64,000 nt of DNA. It comes from a candidate division FCPU426 bacterium (GTDB lineage: Bacteria > Oederibacteriota > Muellerivitia > Muellerivitales > Muellerivitaceae). Positions 11,901-21,472 of the stretch are shown in pieces; the stretch's first letter is position 1; the number at the start of each line of letters is the position of its first letter. The DNA is taken from positions 32,001 through 96,000 of the forward strand of contig CAWCKJ010000002.1 in the NCBI GenBank assembly GCA_963796105.1, written 5' to 3'. The notes beneath the pieces were generated by a model. It saw nothing but the letters and a program-made list of their open reading frames with translations, did no database searches and was not told the DNA's origin. The position numbers and the translations under genes are program-made.

Positions 11901-13042
11901 GGGGTGTTAGAAGGCGTGTTCGTGGAAGTGAAGGTGTTTGTGGGGGTGTCAGTATCCGTGGAGGTGAATGTCAGTGTGGGGGTTCCAGTGTTCGTGGGGG
12001 TATTTGAGGGTGATTGAGTTCCGGTTGGGGTATTGGTCGGCGAGAGGGTGATGGTCGGCGTGGGTGTCGAGGTAAGAGTGGGCGTAAGGGTTGGGGTGGG
12101 GGTAAAGGTGGGAGTCAAGGTTTTGGTAGGCGTCAGGGTTGGCGTGGAAGTAAGGGTGGGAGTGGGTGTTCTGGTCGGGGTGGGGGTACAGCCTCCCGGC
12201 AGGATTTCAACCGCCTGGAGGTCCGCCTTCTCGGACCTGCCGAAGGTATATGTCATGTTGTTGGCGCCGAGGGTTGTGGTGAGCTTATCGTCTCCAGCTG
12301 TTGTTTTGTTGTTCTGCTCCTTCCATCTTTGGATTTGGCCGGTCCCGCTGGAGGTGATATTCCTTGAACCGGTGCTGTTGGCCACCATGACCATGCCCGC
12401 GATAATGCTTTGGCTGGTGGTAGTGGTCAAGGTGATGGTATGGGAGGTGCTGGAGGCCTGGTTTACGACTGCGCCGGTGGCGCTGATGGGGCCGTTGGCG
12501 CCGTTTTGCAGGACGTTCTGGTAGCAGACAGCACCAACGTGCAGGACTCGCGCGGTGGCGGGGGTCAGAGTCACTACTACGGAATGGGTGCCTGTGGGTG
12601 GGTTGATCAGGTACCAGGTTTCCAATGAGGTGGCGTTTGTCGCGTCCGCGTCCCTCCGGATTTTGATCAAGGCCGTCCCATTGAAGGTGATGGTGCTTAC
12701 CGAGGAGGTCGCGTTTGCGATGGAGATCTGGACCAGCAGGAGGTTCTCGGCGCCGGTAGTGGGAACAGTGGCGTTGAAGGTCGCGGTGGCAACGGTTCCC
12801 GTATAGGTTGCGGCGGCGCCGAACGCGATGGGGCATTGGGCTGAGGCTGAACGGGGAGATGTTAAACTCAAGAAAACGAAGAATGAATGAAGAATGAACA
12901 ATAAGGTTAACCGGCGGAAAAGGATGGGAAATGGGCGGAAACGGGATAAAGATAATGAACAATTAAAAAATCGGATTGGGACATGAAATACAGCCCCAGT
13001 ATCGAGTGCGGTTTTTTTGAAGTTCGTTGCTAAAAAAATCAT
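5885..13042 (-). CDS. giant secreted surface protein (2385 aa): N-terminal beta-rich domain, NHL propeller, very long Thr-Pro stalk, tandem FlgD-Ig/T9SS-like C-terminal domains
   Basis: Single open frame; signal ending SASA|Q; NHL blades; (TPT[N/D])n; C-terminal [11 protein letters not shown]...[18 protein letters not shown]. Confidence 0.9.
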   Translation of the reverse strand: MIFLATNFKKTALDTGAVFHVPIRFFNCSLSLSRFRPFPILFRRLTLLFILHSFFVFLSLTSPRSASAQCPIAFGAAATYTGTVATATFNATVPTTGAENLLLVQISIANATSSVSTITFNGTALIKIRRDADATNATSLETWYLINPPTGTHSVVVTLTPATARVLHVGAVCYQNVLQNGANGPISATGAVVNQASSTSHTITLTTTTSQSIIAGMVMVANSTGSRNITSSGTGQIQRWKEQNNKTTAGDDKLTTTLGANNMTYTFGRSEKADLQAVEILPGGCTPTPTRTPTPTLTSTPTLTPTKTLTPTFTPTPTLTPTLTSTPTPTITLSPTNTPTGTQSPSNTPTNTGTPTLTFTSTDTDTPTNTFTSTNTPSNTPTSTSTPTDTVTETFTSTPTLTPTLPPAWDCLSLWQSNDTDPWGAALDSAATLLYVADGANSSVDVFNVSTGAAVASWTVPGGSNGGSSPFGIAVDGSEKVYVTDSNNNQVDVCWGYGTGHTTGSSNVQWGSSVLNSPWGIAVNSAGTTVYVADNGNDRVALFNASGVSLGEFGGPSDGSPVTFSSPTGLAFDASSGIYAGDDITQQVYQLNNPGTSLLFQLDASNGLQGIEFIALGANSGVSYVYVSDGSNDVGIYTTSGSVIGITTQGTSSTFSDSEGVAADSAGNWFAADNVNGLVYKFNMNDCALTPVNTFTNTPTITNTPTKTNTPTKTPIITLTFTPTYTLTKTPTPSNTPTNTPTDTPTNTPTTTPTPTNTPTDTPTNTPTDTPTDTPTNTPTYTSTDTPTNTPTNTPTNTPTDTPTNTPTNTPTNTPTSTPTNTPTDTPTNTPTNTPTYTLTNTPTNTPTDTPTDTPTDTPTNTLTDTPTDTPTDTPTNTPTNTPTPTPTDTPTDTPTYTPSYTATNTPTDTPTDTPTNTPTDTPTNTPTNTPTDTPTDTPTNTPTNTPTNTPTNTPSNTPTDTLTNTPTDTPTSTPTFTPTDTPTDTPTNTPTNTPTNTPTDTPTDTPTNTPTNTPTDTPTNTPTNTPTDTPTNTPTDTPTNTPTDTPTNTPTNTPTNTPTNTPTNTPTDTPTNTPTNTPTDTPTNTPTDTPTNTPTDTPTNTPTNTPTDTPTDTPTNTPTNTPTDTPTNTPTDTPTNTPTDTPTNTPTDTPTYTPTPTSTPTNTPTDTPTNTPTNTPTYTLTNTPTNTPTDTPTDTPTDTPTDTPTNTPTNTPTPTPTDTPTDTPTDTPTDTPTNTPTDTPTNTPTNTPTDTPTDTPTNTPTNTPTNTPTNTPTNTPTDTPTNTPTDTPTNTPTNTPTDTPTSTPTFTPTDTPTNTPTDTPTDTPTNTPTDTPTNTPTNTPTNTPTDTPTNTPTDTPTDTPTYTPTNTSTNTPTNTPTNTPTNTPTDTPTNTLTDTPTNTPTDTPTNTPTDTPTNTPTDTPTNTPTDTPTNTPTNTPTDTPTNTPTYTPTDTPTNTPTDTPTNTPTNTPTDTPTNTPTPTNTPSNTPTDTPTNTPTNTPTDTPTNTPTDTPTDTPTNTPTNTPTYTPTDTPTNTPTDTPTNTPSNTPTNTPTDTPTNTPTDTPTDTPTNTPTNTQTNTPTNTPTDTPTDTPTNTPTNTPTYTPTDTPTNTPTDTPTNTPSNTPTNTPTDTPTNTPTDTPTDTPTNTPTNTQTNTPTNTPTDTPTDTPTNTPTNTPTNTPSYTPTPSNTPSNTPTDTPTNTPTNTPTDTPTNTPTDTPTNTPTDTPTNTPTDTPSNTPTATPTNTPTNTPTNTPTDTPTNTPTDTPTSTATSTPTDTPTNTPTDTPTNTPTDTPTNTPTNTPSNTPTNTPTNTPTDTPTNTPTNTSTDTPTNTPTFTPTDTPTGTSTNTPTDTPTNTPTDTPTNTPTDTPSNTPTVTPTYTPTPTNTPTDTPTNTPTNTPTNTPTSTPTCTPTDTPTNTPTDTPTNTPTDTPTNTPTNTPTNTPTTTPTYTPTPTNTPTNTPTDTPTDTPSNTATLTPTLTPTATSTPTNTNTPSDTPTWTYTPTITDTPTNTLTSTDTPTSTYTATLTPTLSPTATSTPTITNTASNTPTWTDTPTNTPTNTPTNTPTNSPSETPTNTPTDSMTPTASLTATPTPTLTYTPTITNTPTNTFTSTDTPTSTYTATLTPTLTPTDTNTPTITNTPSNTPTLTYTPTVTNTPTETMTPTVTPTPTFTSPYTPTPSATVCGDQTIQIFDERGEKVASLCGNIPFSEGTSFTMSLSPFTLNPSGTGGQITIYLNGQPAAVWNGFADNGIPVPNGFYHFLLVEHAPGGNTVTLARDAYIGPSLIHELVFTARPNLVRSYEPVQITVSFAGIPADSQSTIKIYDLSGEWVNELSVSHGAAVWDSRNKNGNRVSSGLYLLVLEGIQPSTHEKLNKCIKLMISR
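6495..10975 (-). repeat. 12-bp-period coding tandem repeat (TPTN/TPTD) about 4.5 kb long, with internal longer duplications
   Basis: Directly visible G/T-rich 12-nt periodicity; near-perfect 228-bp duplication at about 8034-8500. Confidence 0.95.
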
Positions 13043-13229
13043 CCAGTGACTCCCAAAAGAGACCCTTGTGGCGGTGAATGGGTTAAAAAATTAAATGTAA
13101 TTCTTCCTGGCGCCATGAAAGTGAGGCCCTGATGGCGCTTAGGAATCAGGTGGAACACGGGAAGTTTGTTTAGGATTGGACTGCTTTGGAGGGGGACTAA
13201 CGGACAGGCTAGACCCAACTACAATTAAG

Positions 13230-13258
13230 ATTTTAGGCCTAAAAAGCCCTAAAATCAA
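13230..13258 (-). promoter_or_regulatory. sigma70-type promoter for the giant surface protein/PorV operon
   Basis: Minus strand TTGATT-17 bp-TAAAAT; flanking motifs shared with the promoter at 36407-36435. Confidence 0.6.
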
Positions 13259-13590
13259 CGAGTTAAACGGGAAACCAAATAGAACCATTCGGCCCATCTA
13301 TAAGTGACAAAGAGGCTCTTTTAAGGCTGAATTCAAGGGGTTTGCAAGGGTGCGAAACAGAATGCTTTCCAGGGAGTAACGTAAAAAGTTGGGAGTGAAT
13401 AAAAAAGCGGCTGGAAGTTTGATTCACAGCCGCTTCAATAAACCAAAATTTGGAATTCAACCTTCAAAACCCGCCCTGAGTAAAATCGAAGGGTTTGCAT
13501 TCTTTCGCTTTTTCGCGTCAGTGGATGGTTTAGTTTTGATTTTTTTAGTCTTTAACTCCTAATTCCTAACTTCGAATTTCTAATTTTCTC

Positions 13591-16500
13591 TCAGTGTATG
13601 ATCGCTACTTTTCCGCTAAAAACTTTGTTACTTGTTTGAACACTATAAATATAAAGTCCTGCCGCCACAGGCGAGCCTGAAAGATTCTGTAACCCCCATT
13701 TCAGCGTGTTCAAGCCGGGATTGCCTGAGGTCTCGACCGAATAGACTTTCTCGCCCGTAATAGAGAAAAGGGACAACTTGATGGGGGAGGCGTCGGACAG
13801 GGTGATCCGGAATTGGATGGGCGACCCATTCTTGGAAATATTCGGCCAAGCGGCGGCGGAATTAGAAATGGGAAGCGAGGAATTTGGAGTTGAAGAAGCG
13901 GTAGGCGTGCAAAGTCCACGGACAGAGCGCGATTTTGCGTTGCTGATCAGGCTGGTAGTAACCGTATATTCATCCACAATCCAATTACCGCAATCCACCA
14001 CGAACAAATCACCGGCTGGGTCCAGGGTCAGGCAACTCGGGTTACTGAAGCCGTCGATCTCGCCCAGGAATACGCCCTGGTTGGAGGCGTAAACCACTCG
14101 GTTGTTGTCCCAATCGGAGATGTAAAGGTTATTCAGCGGGTCCACCCCGATACTCGCGCTGTACCCGCCCAGCGGCAGATTCCAGCCGTTGCCCGTCCCG
14201 TTGAAAGAATTCACGAGAGCGTAGGAGGGGTTGTACTCGCGAATGGATATGCCGGAATCATTGACGTAAACATCGACATAAAAGTTTCCTCCCGAATCCA
14301 GGGCCACATCCTCCGGGTAATCCGTCGCTCCGGCAGGGATAATCAGGCTGGGGGTGTCATCGGGCCAGGTAATGCGGAAAATCCCCGTGTCATCCGCTAC
14401 CAGGAGGTCCCCCTGGGGATCGATTTTGACACCATTGCACAAATAACAGGTCCCCTGACCGCTCCAGGTATAGTCCGGGGCGGGCGGGACAGAGCCGGAT
14501 ACCAACTGGTAACCCACCACGCCGGTCCCGTACTCTGGCACGTAAAGCTCGCCGTTGGAATCAATGGCCATGCTTCCCACGTAGCCGCCAGAGGTTTGGA
14601 TGTTGTAGAGCCAATTGCCCGAGGCGTCGTACACCGCGATCAGCCCTGCCTGGTTTCCGTCGTTCACCGCGAGGAAACCCCCGCCCGCCGCCGCGCTCCA
14701 GGGGTTCGTGTCCAGGTGGGTCGGGATGAAAGAGCCGGTCAGGCTCCAGTAGCCGGAAGGCGTCTCAAGAACTGTCGGAGTGGATGTGGGAGTGACCGTT
14801 GGGGTTAAAGACAAAGTCGGGGAATAGGTAATGGTATTGGTCAGGGTAGCCGTTGGGTCCAAAGTTGGGGAATTGGTTAAAGTCGGAGTCAGAGTGGGCG
14901 TTGGGTCAGGGGTGGCTGAGTTCGTCGAGGTGTAAGTCAGGATCGGCGTTGGGTCCAAAGTGGGGGTATTGGTTGACGTTGGCGTCAGAGTCGGCGTGGG
15001 GTCAGGGGTGGGGCTGTTAGTCGAGGTGTAAGTCAGCGTCGGCGTCGGGTCCAAGGTCGGAGTATTGGTGGATGTAGGGGTAATCGTCGGCGTCGCTGTG
15101 CTGGTACTGGTATTGGTGTTCGTCGGGGTGCGGGTGGCGGTCGGCAAGGTTCCAGTGGCGGTGGCGGTTGCGGTGGGTGTCCTGGTTGGGGTTCGCGTGC
15201 GGGTCGGGGTCCTTGTGGCCGTGGGTGTCCTGGTTGGTGTTGCGGTGGAAGTCGGCGTTCTCGTGTTGGTAGGTGTGGGCGTCGGGGAATAAGTCGCGGT
15301 CGGCAAAGTGCCGGTGGCGGTGGCTGTCGCGGTGGGAGTGGCGGTGAAAGTCGGGGCCGCGGCGGCCAGGGCGCTCACGAGCGCCGGCTTGGGGCTTCCC
15401 AGGCCCGTGGCCAGGTCATATCCGGCGACAGCCTGGTAAAGGGCGGGATTCGTCGCCCAGTAGTTGTTGGTGCTTCCGTCGGCCACGTCCCGGAAATTGT
15501 TGTAATAGGGCGTAGGGCTGGCGGCCAGTGTGTAAAGGTAGGGGTTGGCGAAACCCACGTTGCCCTTGCCCGCGGAAGCGGACTGCTGGTTGGCCAGGGC
15601 CATCACGCCCGCCCAAAGGGGCGCCGCGGCGCTGGTGCCCCCGGTGCAGTAATCCCCGGCGTGGCTGGTCCCGCCGTAGAAATATCCGGAGAGATTGTCC
15701 GCCACCATGGAAACATCGGGAAGGTTACGGTAGCTGGTGGAGCCGTGGTTCTGGGCGTTGATGAAAGGCACTTGGTAGGTGGGGATCGTCAGGGGAGTCG
15801 GGCCGGAACAGACGCCACCGCCTCCGACCAGGTTGGCCGCTGGCGTACGGGTGGCGGAGGGATGGTCGTTCCAGGTCGTCTCGCTCACGTAGGTGCCCAC
15901 GGGCGTGGGATTTCCACCCGTGCCGGTCCCGGAGGTGGTGAGGGCCGTCCCGCCCACGACCGTCATGAGGGAAGTCTCGTAGATGGGCTGGGGTACGGCG
16001 GTAGCGGGTCCTCCCGCGACATAGGCCCCCAGGTCGCCCACAGCCTGGAAGAAGGCTTGCCCCTGGGCCGCGTATTGGGCGAACACGTTGGCGATGTTGG
16101 TGTCGGTGGCGCCGGTCCAGGTCCAGGAGGAGCTGATCTGCATGGCCTTGTCGTCAGTCGCGATATGGGTGAGTATCTGGACCGGTTGGACCAGGAGCCC
16201 GAAGTTGGCGCAGTTCCTCGGCTGGCTGTTGGGTCCCTCGTAAACCAGGATGGCGGCCTGGGGTGACATGCTCATGACCATGTCGATGTCCAGCACGACC
16301 TCGTCCTCGGCGCAGGTGGTGGGGGTCTGGGCGGTGTAACCGGGCTCCGTCACCGCCGTGATGGAGGGGACGGCGATGCCAGTCTCAGTCGAGTAGCTCG
16401 TGATATCCGAGAGGGTGTAGTTGTCGAACTCGAAAAGAGCGACGGTTTGTCCAGCGCCGGTCTGGGTCACGCCCGGCAGGTAGGCGTTGCGGAAGTCGTT

Positions 16501-17217
16501 GCCGATATAGGTGTTGGAAGTGCCGATACATCCGCTGGGCCCTGTGCCGTTCTGGGGGGCGGCGGTCCCGCCCGAGGGCCTGGGGCCGGACGAGGGGATC
16601 TTGCCGGTGAAGTCGTTATGCCGGTAAACCTCGTCGTTATCCAACCCGCTGATGTGGAGGATCGGTACCCCCAAGTCCACCGAGGGCTCAGTGTCGGGGG
16701 CGTAGAACCGGCCCCCGTCCGGGCGGATGTATTGGTTCAAGCGCACATGGAAGGCCGCCTCGATTTCCTGCGCGGTCCCGCTGAAGGCCACCAGCAGGCG
16801 GTTGGAGTAAGTCTGGGTGATATCAAGGCCATGAGCCTGGAGGAAGGTGAGGATCGCCTGGTAATCTTCCTCGGTTGCGCCGAAACTAACGGCGAACTGG
16901 GCTGGGGTGAGGAATTTCCGGAACTGGGGGCTGGAGGGATCGTACAACTCATTCAGGAGGGTTTGGAGCGCGTCGGCGTTCCGGAGGGGAAGACCGACAG
17001 CCAGGTTCAAGCGCTGGTTTCTTGGCAGGGAACCGGACGGCTTCAAGCTGGACCAGGAGGACTGGAGATGGCCGCTCAAGCGCTGTTGGCCGAGGGATTG
17101 GGCGAACAATGAAGAAGAAAGGAAAATGAACAATGTACAATGAACAATTAACAATGGGCGGAAACGGAGGAAAGAAAGTGGGGGAGGGTTCAATTTTTTA
17201 AGATTCGAGAAACTCAT
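13591..17217 (-). CDS. secreted S53 (sedolisin/kumamolisin-like) peptidase with propeptide, Thr-Pro linker, NHL propeller and C-terminal sorting-like domain
   Basis: Pro-kumamolisin-like propeptide (LPLRN..LYDPSSPQFRKFLT); catalytic E-x3-D (EVVLD), GD oxyanion (AVGDLG), GGTSAAAP Ser, GYDLATGLGSP; start taken at ATG 17217. Confidence 0.92.
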   Translation of the reverse strand: MSFSNLKKLNPPPLSFLRFRPLLIVHCTLFIFLSSSLFAQSLGQQRLSGHLQSSWSSLKPSGSLPRNQRLNLAVGLPLRNADALQTLLNELYDPSSPQFRKFLTPAQFAVSFGATEEDYQAILTFLQAHGLDITQTYSNRLLVAFSGTAQEIEAAFHVRLNQYIRPDGGRFYAPDTEPSVDLGVPILHISGLDNDEVYRHNDFTGKIPSSGPRPSGGTAAPQNGTGPSGCIGTSNTYIGNDFRNAYLPGVTQTGAGQTVALFEFDNYTLSDITSYSTETGIAVPSITAVTEPGYTAQTPTTCAEDEVVLDIDMVMSMSPQAAILVYEGPNSQPRNCANFGLLVQPVQILTHIATDDKAMQISSSWTWTGATDTNIANVFAQYAAQGQAFFQAVGDLGAYVAGGPATAVPQPIYETSLMTVVGGTALTTSGTGTGGNPTPVGTYVSETTWNDHPSATRTPAANLVGGGGVCSGPTPLTIPTYQVPFINAQNHGSTSYRNLPDVSMVADNLSGYFYGGTSHAGDYCTGGTSAAAPLWAGVMALANQQSASAGKGNVGFANPYLYTLAASPTPYYNNFRDVADGSTNNYWATNPALYQAVAGYDLATGLGSPKPALVSALAAAAPTFTATPTATATATGTLPTATYSPTPTPTNTRTPTSTATPTRTPTATRTPTRTRTPTRTPTATATATGTLPTATRTPTNTNTSTSTATPTITPTSTNTPTLDPTPTLTYTSTNSPTPDPTPTLTPTSTNTPTLDPTPILTYTSTNSATPDPTPTLTPTLTNSPTLDPTATLTNTITYSPTLSLTPTVTPTSTPTVLETPSGYWSLTGSFIPTHLDTNPWSAAAGGGFLAVNDGNQAGLIAVYDASGNWLYNIQTSGGYVGSMAIDSNGELYVPEYGTGVVGYQLVSGSVPPAPDYTWSGQGTCYLCNGVKIDPQGDLLVADDTGIFRITWPDDTPSLIIPAGATDYPEDVALDSGGNFYVDVYVNDSGISIREYNPSYALVNSFNGTGNGWNLPLGGYSASIGVDPLNNLYISDWDNNRVVYASNQGVFLGEIDGFSNPSCLTLDPAGDLFVVDCGNWIVDEYTVTTSLISNAKSRSVRGLCTPTASSTPNSSLPISNSAAAWPNISKNGSPIQFRITLSDASPIKLSLFSITGEKVYSVETSGNPGLNTLKWGLQNLSGSPVAAGLYIYSVQTSNKVFSGKVAIIH

Positions 17218-17456
17218 ATAACCTTTTTCGTTAAGCCGAAACAACGATTGCTCAAATGGCGGGGCTGCGTGTCAGCGCGCCCCTAAACCGGGTACTTTAT
17301 AAAGATAAATGAAATAACAATCAAGACCAAAAAGGCGGAAATTTGGCGGTTTTTCAATGGATATAACAACGAAAACAACGTTGAGTACAGGCCCGAGGAA
17401 CTGGAACAATATTTGAAGTCAGTAACCCATTATGAAATGCCCGCAACCTAGTATTT

Positions 17457-17686
17457 GTTCCTGGAGTCCCGGTTCTCGTGGTTCCAGGCCAGTTCCAGGA
17501 GTTCCAGAGTTCCAGATTCCCGGGTTCCAAGGTTCCAGGCCGGTTCCAGAAGTTCCAGAGTTCCAGGATTCCCGGTTCTCGTGGTTCCAAGCAAGTTCCA
17601 AAGTTCCAAGGTTCCAAGATTCCAGGGTTCCCGTGGTTCCAAGCCAGTTCCAAAGTTCCAAGGTTCCAAGATTCCAGGGTTCCCGT
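17457..17686. repeat. degenerate tandem array of GTTCCA-core 8-10-mers
   Basis: More than 20 copies of (G/A)TTCC(A/C) at 8-10 nt spacing, with a higher-order duplication. Confidence 0.9.
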
Positions 17687-17694
17687 CGGCAGGG

Positions 17695-17830
17695 AGGATA
17701 AACCGCCCACATTCCTGCCCGCATGGCCGTTAACCTGCCCTCATGAGGAGATAAACTGCCCACATTTCCGTCGGCACGGTCGTTAACCTGCCCTCATTAG
17801 GAGATAACCCGCCCACATTCCTGCCCGCAG
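17695..17830. repeat. about 55-60-bp direct repeats with core GATAAACCGCCCACATT
   Basis: Three copies here; further copies near 18065 and 18575. Confidence 0.85.
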
Positions 17831-17849
17831 GTTTTGGGATTTGACGGTT

Positions 17850-18047
17850 TGGCACAATCGCTCCTAAGTGGCACAATCCCCGAAAAGTGGCACAATCGGT
17901 CAGATAAGCCGGTGTCAGATAAAACTGTGGTTTTATTGGTGTTTTTAAGAACCGTATTTGATTGTGCCACCCGATTGTGCCATTGTGCCACTCGGTGACA
18001 TGCCGATTTTTAGCGGTTTGGCACAATCGCCCCGAAATGGCACAATC
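17850..18047. repeat. array of TGGCACAATC motifs, direct and inverted
   Basis: Forward copies at 17850, 17869, 17888, 18019, 18038 (19-bp spacing); inverted copies at about 17960, 17973, 17981. Confidence 0.85.
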
Positions 18048-18078
18048 CGGCTCCGGGAGCATGAGGATAAACCGCCCA

Positions 18079-18505
18079 CATTTTCGCCGGTAACCCGGGA
18101 TAACCTGGTGACACCTGCTGGCATTTTCGTCGGTAAGCCGGGATAACCTGGTGACACCTGCTGGCATTTTCGTCAGTAAGCCAGGATAACCTGGTGACAC
18201 CTGCTGGCATTTTCGTCGGTAAGCCGGGATAACCTGGTGACACCTGCTGGCATTTTCGTCAGTAAGCCAGGATAACCTGGTGACACCTACCGGTATTTCC
18301 GCCGATAACCCGGGATAACCTGGTGACACCTACCGGCATTTTCGCCGATAACCCGGGATAACCTGGTGACACCTGCTGGCATTTTCACCGGTAACCCAGG
18401 ATAACCTGGTGACACCTGCCGGTATTTCCGCCGATAACCCGGGATAACCTGGTGACACCTACCGGCATTTTCGCCGATAACCCGGGATAACCTGGTGACA
18501 CCTGC
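18079..18505. repeat. 43-bp tandem repeat, about 10 copies
   Basis: Invariant core GGATAACCTGGTGACACCT starts at 18098, 18141, 18184 ... 18485 (exact 43-bp period); the remaining 24 bp vary at a few positions. Confidence 0.97.
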
Positions 18506-18869
18506 GCCCCAAAATAATCAAGTCTCTAAATGCCGATAAGCCGAGAACAGTGGGACTTAAGCCAGGAACCGGGAGGATAACCTGCCCACATTGCTGGTGG
18601 CCTGTCCTGAGTGTCACTGGCCAGCCACTTTAACCCCCCTGGCCGCCTACTTTGCCCCCCCTCTTTTGGGCACTTCGAGGGGTGCCTGTTTCGGGGACTT
18701 CGACCCCTGCCTTGCGGGGCCTCTTTTTTAGATTAATTTAGACCCATCAAACTCCTTTCACAAGATGCGTTTTGCTTCCCCAACATTGGATGATACGAAG
18801 TCCCGCGCAAATCCCGTAACCAATAGGCGCAAGATTGCACGAATAAGACAGCATCGAACGATGGGTTTC

Positions 18870-19649
18870 TCATAGTTTTGCCTCTTTTTCCCTGCTGTGT
18901 TCTTTTTTCATTTCTTCGCGCATGGAACGGGTCCGAAAGGAAGGGCCCTGAATGACGACGGCAGTGGCATGGTGGACCAGGCGGTCCATGGCAGCCGAGG
19001 CTAGGAGGGCGTCGCCGAAAAGCTCCGGCCACTCCCGCAGACTGCGGTTGGTGGTAAAAATCAAGGAGCCCTTTTCATAACGCTCACAGATGATGTCGTA
19101 AAAATCCTCGGCGACCTTGGTGTCGAAGGGCTTGAGACCCCAGTCGTCCAGGATCAAGAGGTCGGGTTTCAGGAAGGATGCGAATCGGTTTTCCCAGGTA
19201 CCGTCCCCGCGCGAGGCCGCTAATCGTTGGGCCGCATGCGAGGTCTTGATAAAGAGTACCTCATAACCCTTGCGGCAGACTTCATGGGCCAAAGCGCAGG
19301 CCAAATGGGTTTTGCCCACACCTGAGGGACCGATGAAAAATAGGTTCTCTTTTCGCTCCACGAAAGAACAAGTACCCAAATCCAGGATTTGTTGCCGGTT
19401 GATGGCCGGGTTGAAGGCGAAATCGAACCCCGTTAGAGTCATATGGGTTGAGAAGCCCGCCTTTTTCAGCCTTCTTTGGAGTTGGCCCACTTGGCGGCGC
19501 TCCAGCTCATCCAACAGCAACTGGCCCAGGAAATCCATATAACCGATCTGGGATTCAATGGCCTGCTGGTTTCGGATTTCCAGCGTCTCCAACATACCTG
19601 CGAGTTTTAACCTTCTCAGGTGCGGCTCCAACTGATGTTTATTTTCCAT
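18870..19649 (-). CDS. istB: IS21 helper AAA+ ATPase
   Basis: Walker A GPSGVGKT, LLILDDWG, TTN..W, A-x-DRLVH. Confidence 0.95.
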   Translation of the reverse strand: MENKHQLEPHLRRLKLAGMLETLEIRNQQAIESQIGYMDFLGQLLLDELERRQVGQLQRRLKKAGFSTHMTLTGFDFAFNPAINRQQILDLGTCSFVERKENLFFIGPSGVGKTHLACALAHEVCRKGYEVLFIKTSHAAQRLAASRGDGTWENRFASFLKPDLLILDDWGLKPFDTKVAEDFYDIICERYEKGSLIFTTNRSLREWPELFGDALLASAAMDRLVHHATAVVIQGPSFRTRSMREEMKKEHSREKEAKL

Positions 19650-19662
19650 ATATGCTTCCTCC

Positions 19663-21219
19663 TCAATTTTTATCCAGAGCCAAGGCACGGAGGAAATCCT
19701 CCGCGGGCCGGGCGAAATCGAAAGACGACTGGGGTTTGAGTGAAGGATCCGACGGCGGGTCCAACGGGTTTTGATCGAGGTTCTTTTGAAGGATGTTTTT
19801 GATGGATTGGTACGTGTAGTTTCCGAAATGGAGGGCCCTTAGACAGGCTGCCTCCAGACGGGAAGGCAGGTACTTTTCCCTCAAGCGCAGAATGCCCTGG
19901 GCTTTGCGCAGATGGTCCAGGGGGTGGGAGTGTTCCAGCAGGAGTTGGATTAATTGATGGGTATTAGGTCCAATGGCCTGGGCCTGTTTGAGGCACCATT
20001 GTGGGGTTCGTTCCAAGAAGACCGCTTTTTCAGGGGGATAGTGGCCCGGGTTGGTGCGCCAGGTTCCCTTGCGTGTGGCCTTGGCGTGGGAAGCCACGCA
20101 TTCGTGTTTGAGAAATATATCAACGGTGGTGTCGGTTAATTGGGCCAGTAGTTTTTGGCCCCGAAGACGGTAGGGAGCCGAGTAATAGGAACCTTCCACG
20201 ACTACGTGGCAATCGGGGTGCAGAGTGGCTTCTTTGAAGAAAGTTGGATGGTAAGCCGCGGTAGGCAGGGGCAAAAGGGCCTTCTGTTCCACGCTCTGGA
20301 AGACGGCCAAGGGTTGAAGCCGGGTGGTGCCATGATCCCGTAAACCTGCCTTGTTCATCACCCAATCGCGGAGTTGATGGTTGGCATCGGTGCGGCCCTG
20401 GAAGGAACGACCCTTGAAGAAGGAATTACGGACATAGGGCACGCCGCGTTCAACTTTACCCTTGTGGCGTGGAGTGGCGACGCGGCAAGGGGAGATGATG
20501 AAGCCGTAATGGTTGGCGCATTCCACGTAGGTACGGTTGGCCAAGGGATCATAGAGGGCCGCCTTGACGATGGCGCTTTTCAGGTTATCGATTACGATTT
20601 TTTTAGGGACTGAATTGAAGAACTCGAAAGCCCGGCGGTGGCAGGCGATCCAGGTTCTCACGTCCTGTGCGAATACAATCTCGGCGTACATATGCCGGGA
20701 ATGGGAAAGGGTCATCACGAAAACCCAGGCCTTGGCTTGCTTGCCACGCGTCTCGTCCCACAAGCGGCCCAAAAGCCCGAAATCCACTTGGGCCTCCTCG
20801 CCGGGCGCAACCTCCAGCCTCACGTAGGCGGGTTTCTCATTGCGAAAAGGCTCCGTATACCTCTTCAGGGTCGAGTAACTCCCCTTCCACCCGTGCCGCT
20901 CTTGAAGCATCTCCTGGATGCGAATCAAGGTGAAATCTTCCTTCAACCATTCTTGGATGATTCCCTTGAGGGCCTCCAAGGCATGAGCGGGAACGGGCGT
21001 GGATTTTTCGCCGTCTTCCCAAGCCTTCGCCAAATCCTTTTCCAGGGGAAGTTCCCCTTGGAGAAAGCCATGTTCTTTCGCCCAACGCACGTATTGCTTG
21101 ACCGTGTGCTTATTGCATCCCAGGGCCCGGGCAGTGGGTTTGAACCCGCCCAAGGCCTGGTAAGTCCTCAAAATCTCACGAATAGTCGCCATGTCGCTCT
21201 GCCTCCCTTGTCGGGTCAT
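19663..21219 (-). CDS. istA: IS21 DDE transposase
   Basis: PGEEAQVDFG, VIDNLK, KGKVER catalytic motifs; N-terminal HTH. Confidence 0.95.
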   Translation of the reverse strand: MTRQGRQSDMATIREILRTYQALGGFKPTARALGCNKHTVKQYVRWAKEHGFLQGELPLEKDLAKAWEDGEKSTPVPAHALEALKGIIQEWLKEDFTLIRIQEMLQERHGWKGSYSTLKRYTEPFRNEKPAYVRLEVAPGEEAQVDFGLLGRLWDETRGKQAKAWVFVMTLSHSRHMYAEIVFAQDVRTWIACHRRAFEFFNSVPKKIVIDNLKSAIVKAALYDPLANRTYVECANHYGFIISPCRVATPRHKGKVERGVPYVRNSFFKGRSFQGRTDANHQLRDWVMNKAGLRDHGTTRLQPLAVFQSVEQKALLPLPTAAYHPTFFKEATLHPDCHVVVEGSYYSAPYRLRGQKLLAQLTDTTVDIFLKHECVASHAKATRKGTWRTNPGHYPPEKAVFLERTPQWCLKQAQAIGPNTHQLIQLLLEHSHPLDHLRKAQGILRLREKYLPSRLEAACLRALHFGNYTYQSIKNILQKNLDQNPLDPPSDPSLKPQSSFDFARPAEDFLRALALDKN

Positions 21220-21472
21220 GCCGTTCTCCTCACATGAAGTGAAAAAAGAAAGGAATGACGGTTAGAGAGGCCCTTGGCAAGGGGGTCAAAGTCGGTGGCC
21301 AGACAGGGGGTCAAAGTGACTGGCCAGAGGTGGGGTCAAAGTGCTTGGCCAGCTAGGGGGTTAAAGCTCGCGGCCAATGACACCTGAGCTCTGTCGAAGG
21401 GCATCTGCCCTGGTGACAGCTGGGCCTTCGCCCGGAGGACGTGGCCGCGGCCGTGCGGCAAGTTCGTAAACG

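Larger units (their letters stand above)
18612..21382 (-). mobile_element. complete IS21-family insertion sequence (2771 bp)
   Basis: Terminal IRs TGTCA(C/T)TGGCC..CTTTAACCCCC; several subterminal TGGCC-N5-CTTT(G/A)ACCCC repeats; 6-bp target duplication CCTGAG at 18606-18611 and 21383-21388; istA-istB inside. Confidence 0.95.

Noticed and set aside
6756..12524. Many plus-strand Val/Gly-rich ORFs (VGVLVGVS...)
   Set aside because: Antisense shadows of the Thr-Pro repeat coding sequence; the same applies near 15065, 32695 and 34711
17850..18047. sigma54 promoters (TGGCAC)
   Set aside because: No TTGC -12 element at the required spacing; the motif is multi-copy and in both orientations
17354..18329. 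Overlapping ORFs on both strands (WNLGTLE, SPGYPG repeats)
   Set aside because: They arise from repeats whose periods are not multiples of 3, so the same peptides cycle through all frames; no credible protein
18079..18505. CRISPR array
   Set aside because: The 24-bp inter-core segments are near-identical variants rather than unique spacers; the period is too short; no cas genes are in the window
21376..21388. Link between the IS21 end plus TSD (TGACACCTG) and the 43-bp repeat core
   Set aside because: Only a 9-bp match that spans the IS boundary; the array lies outside the TSD and lacks the IS subterminal motif
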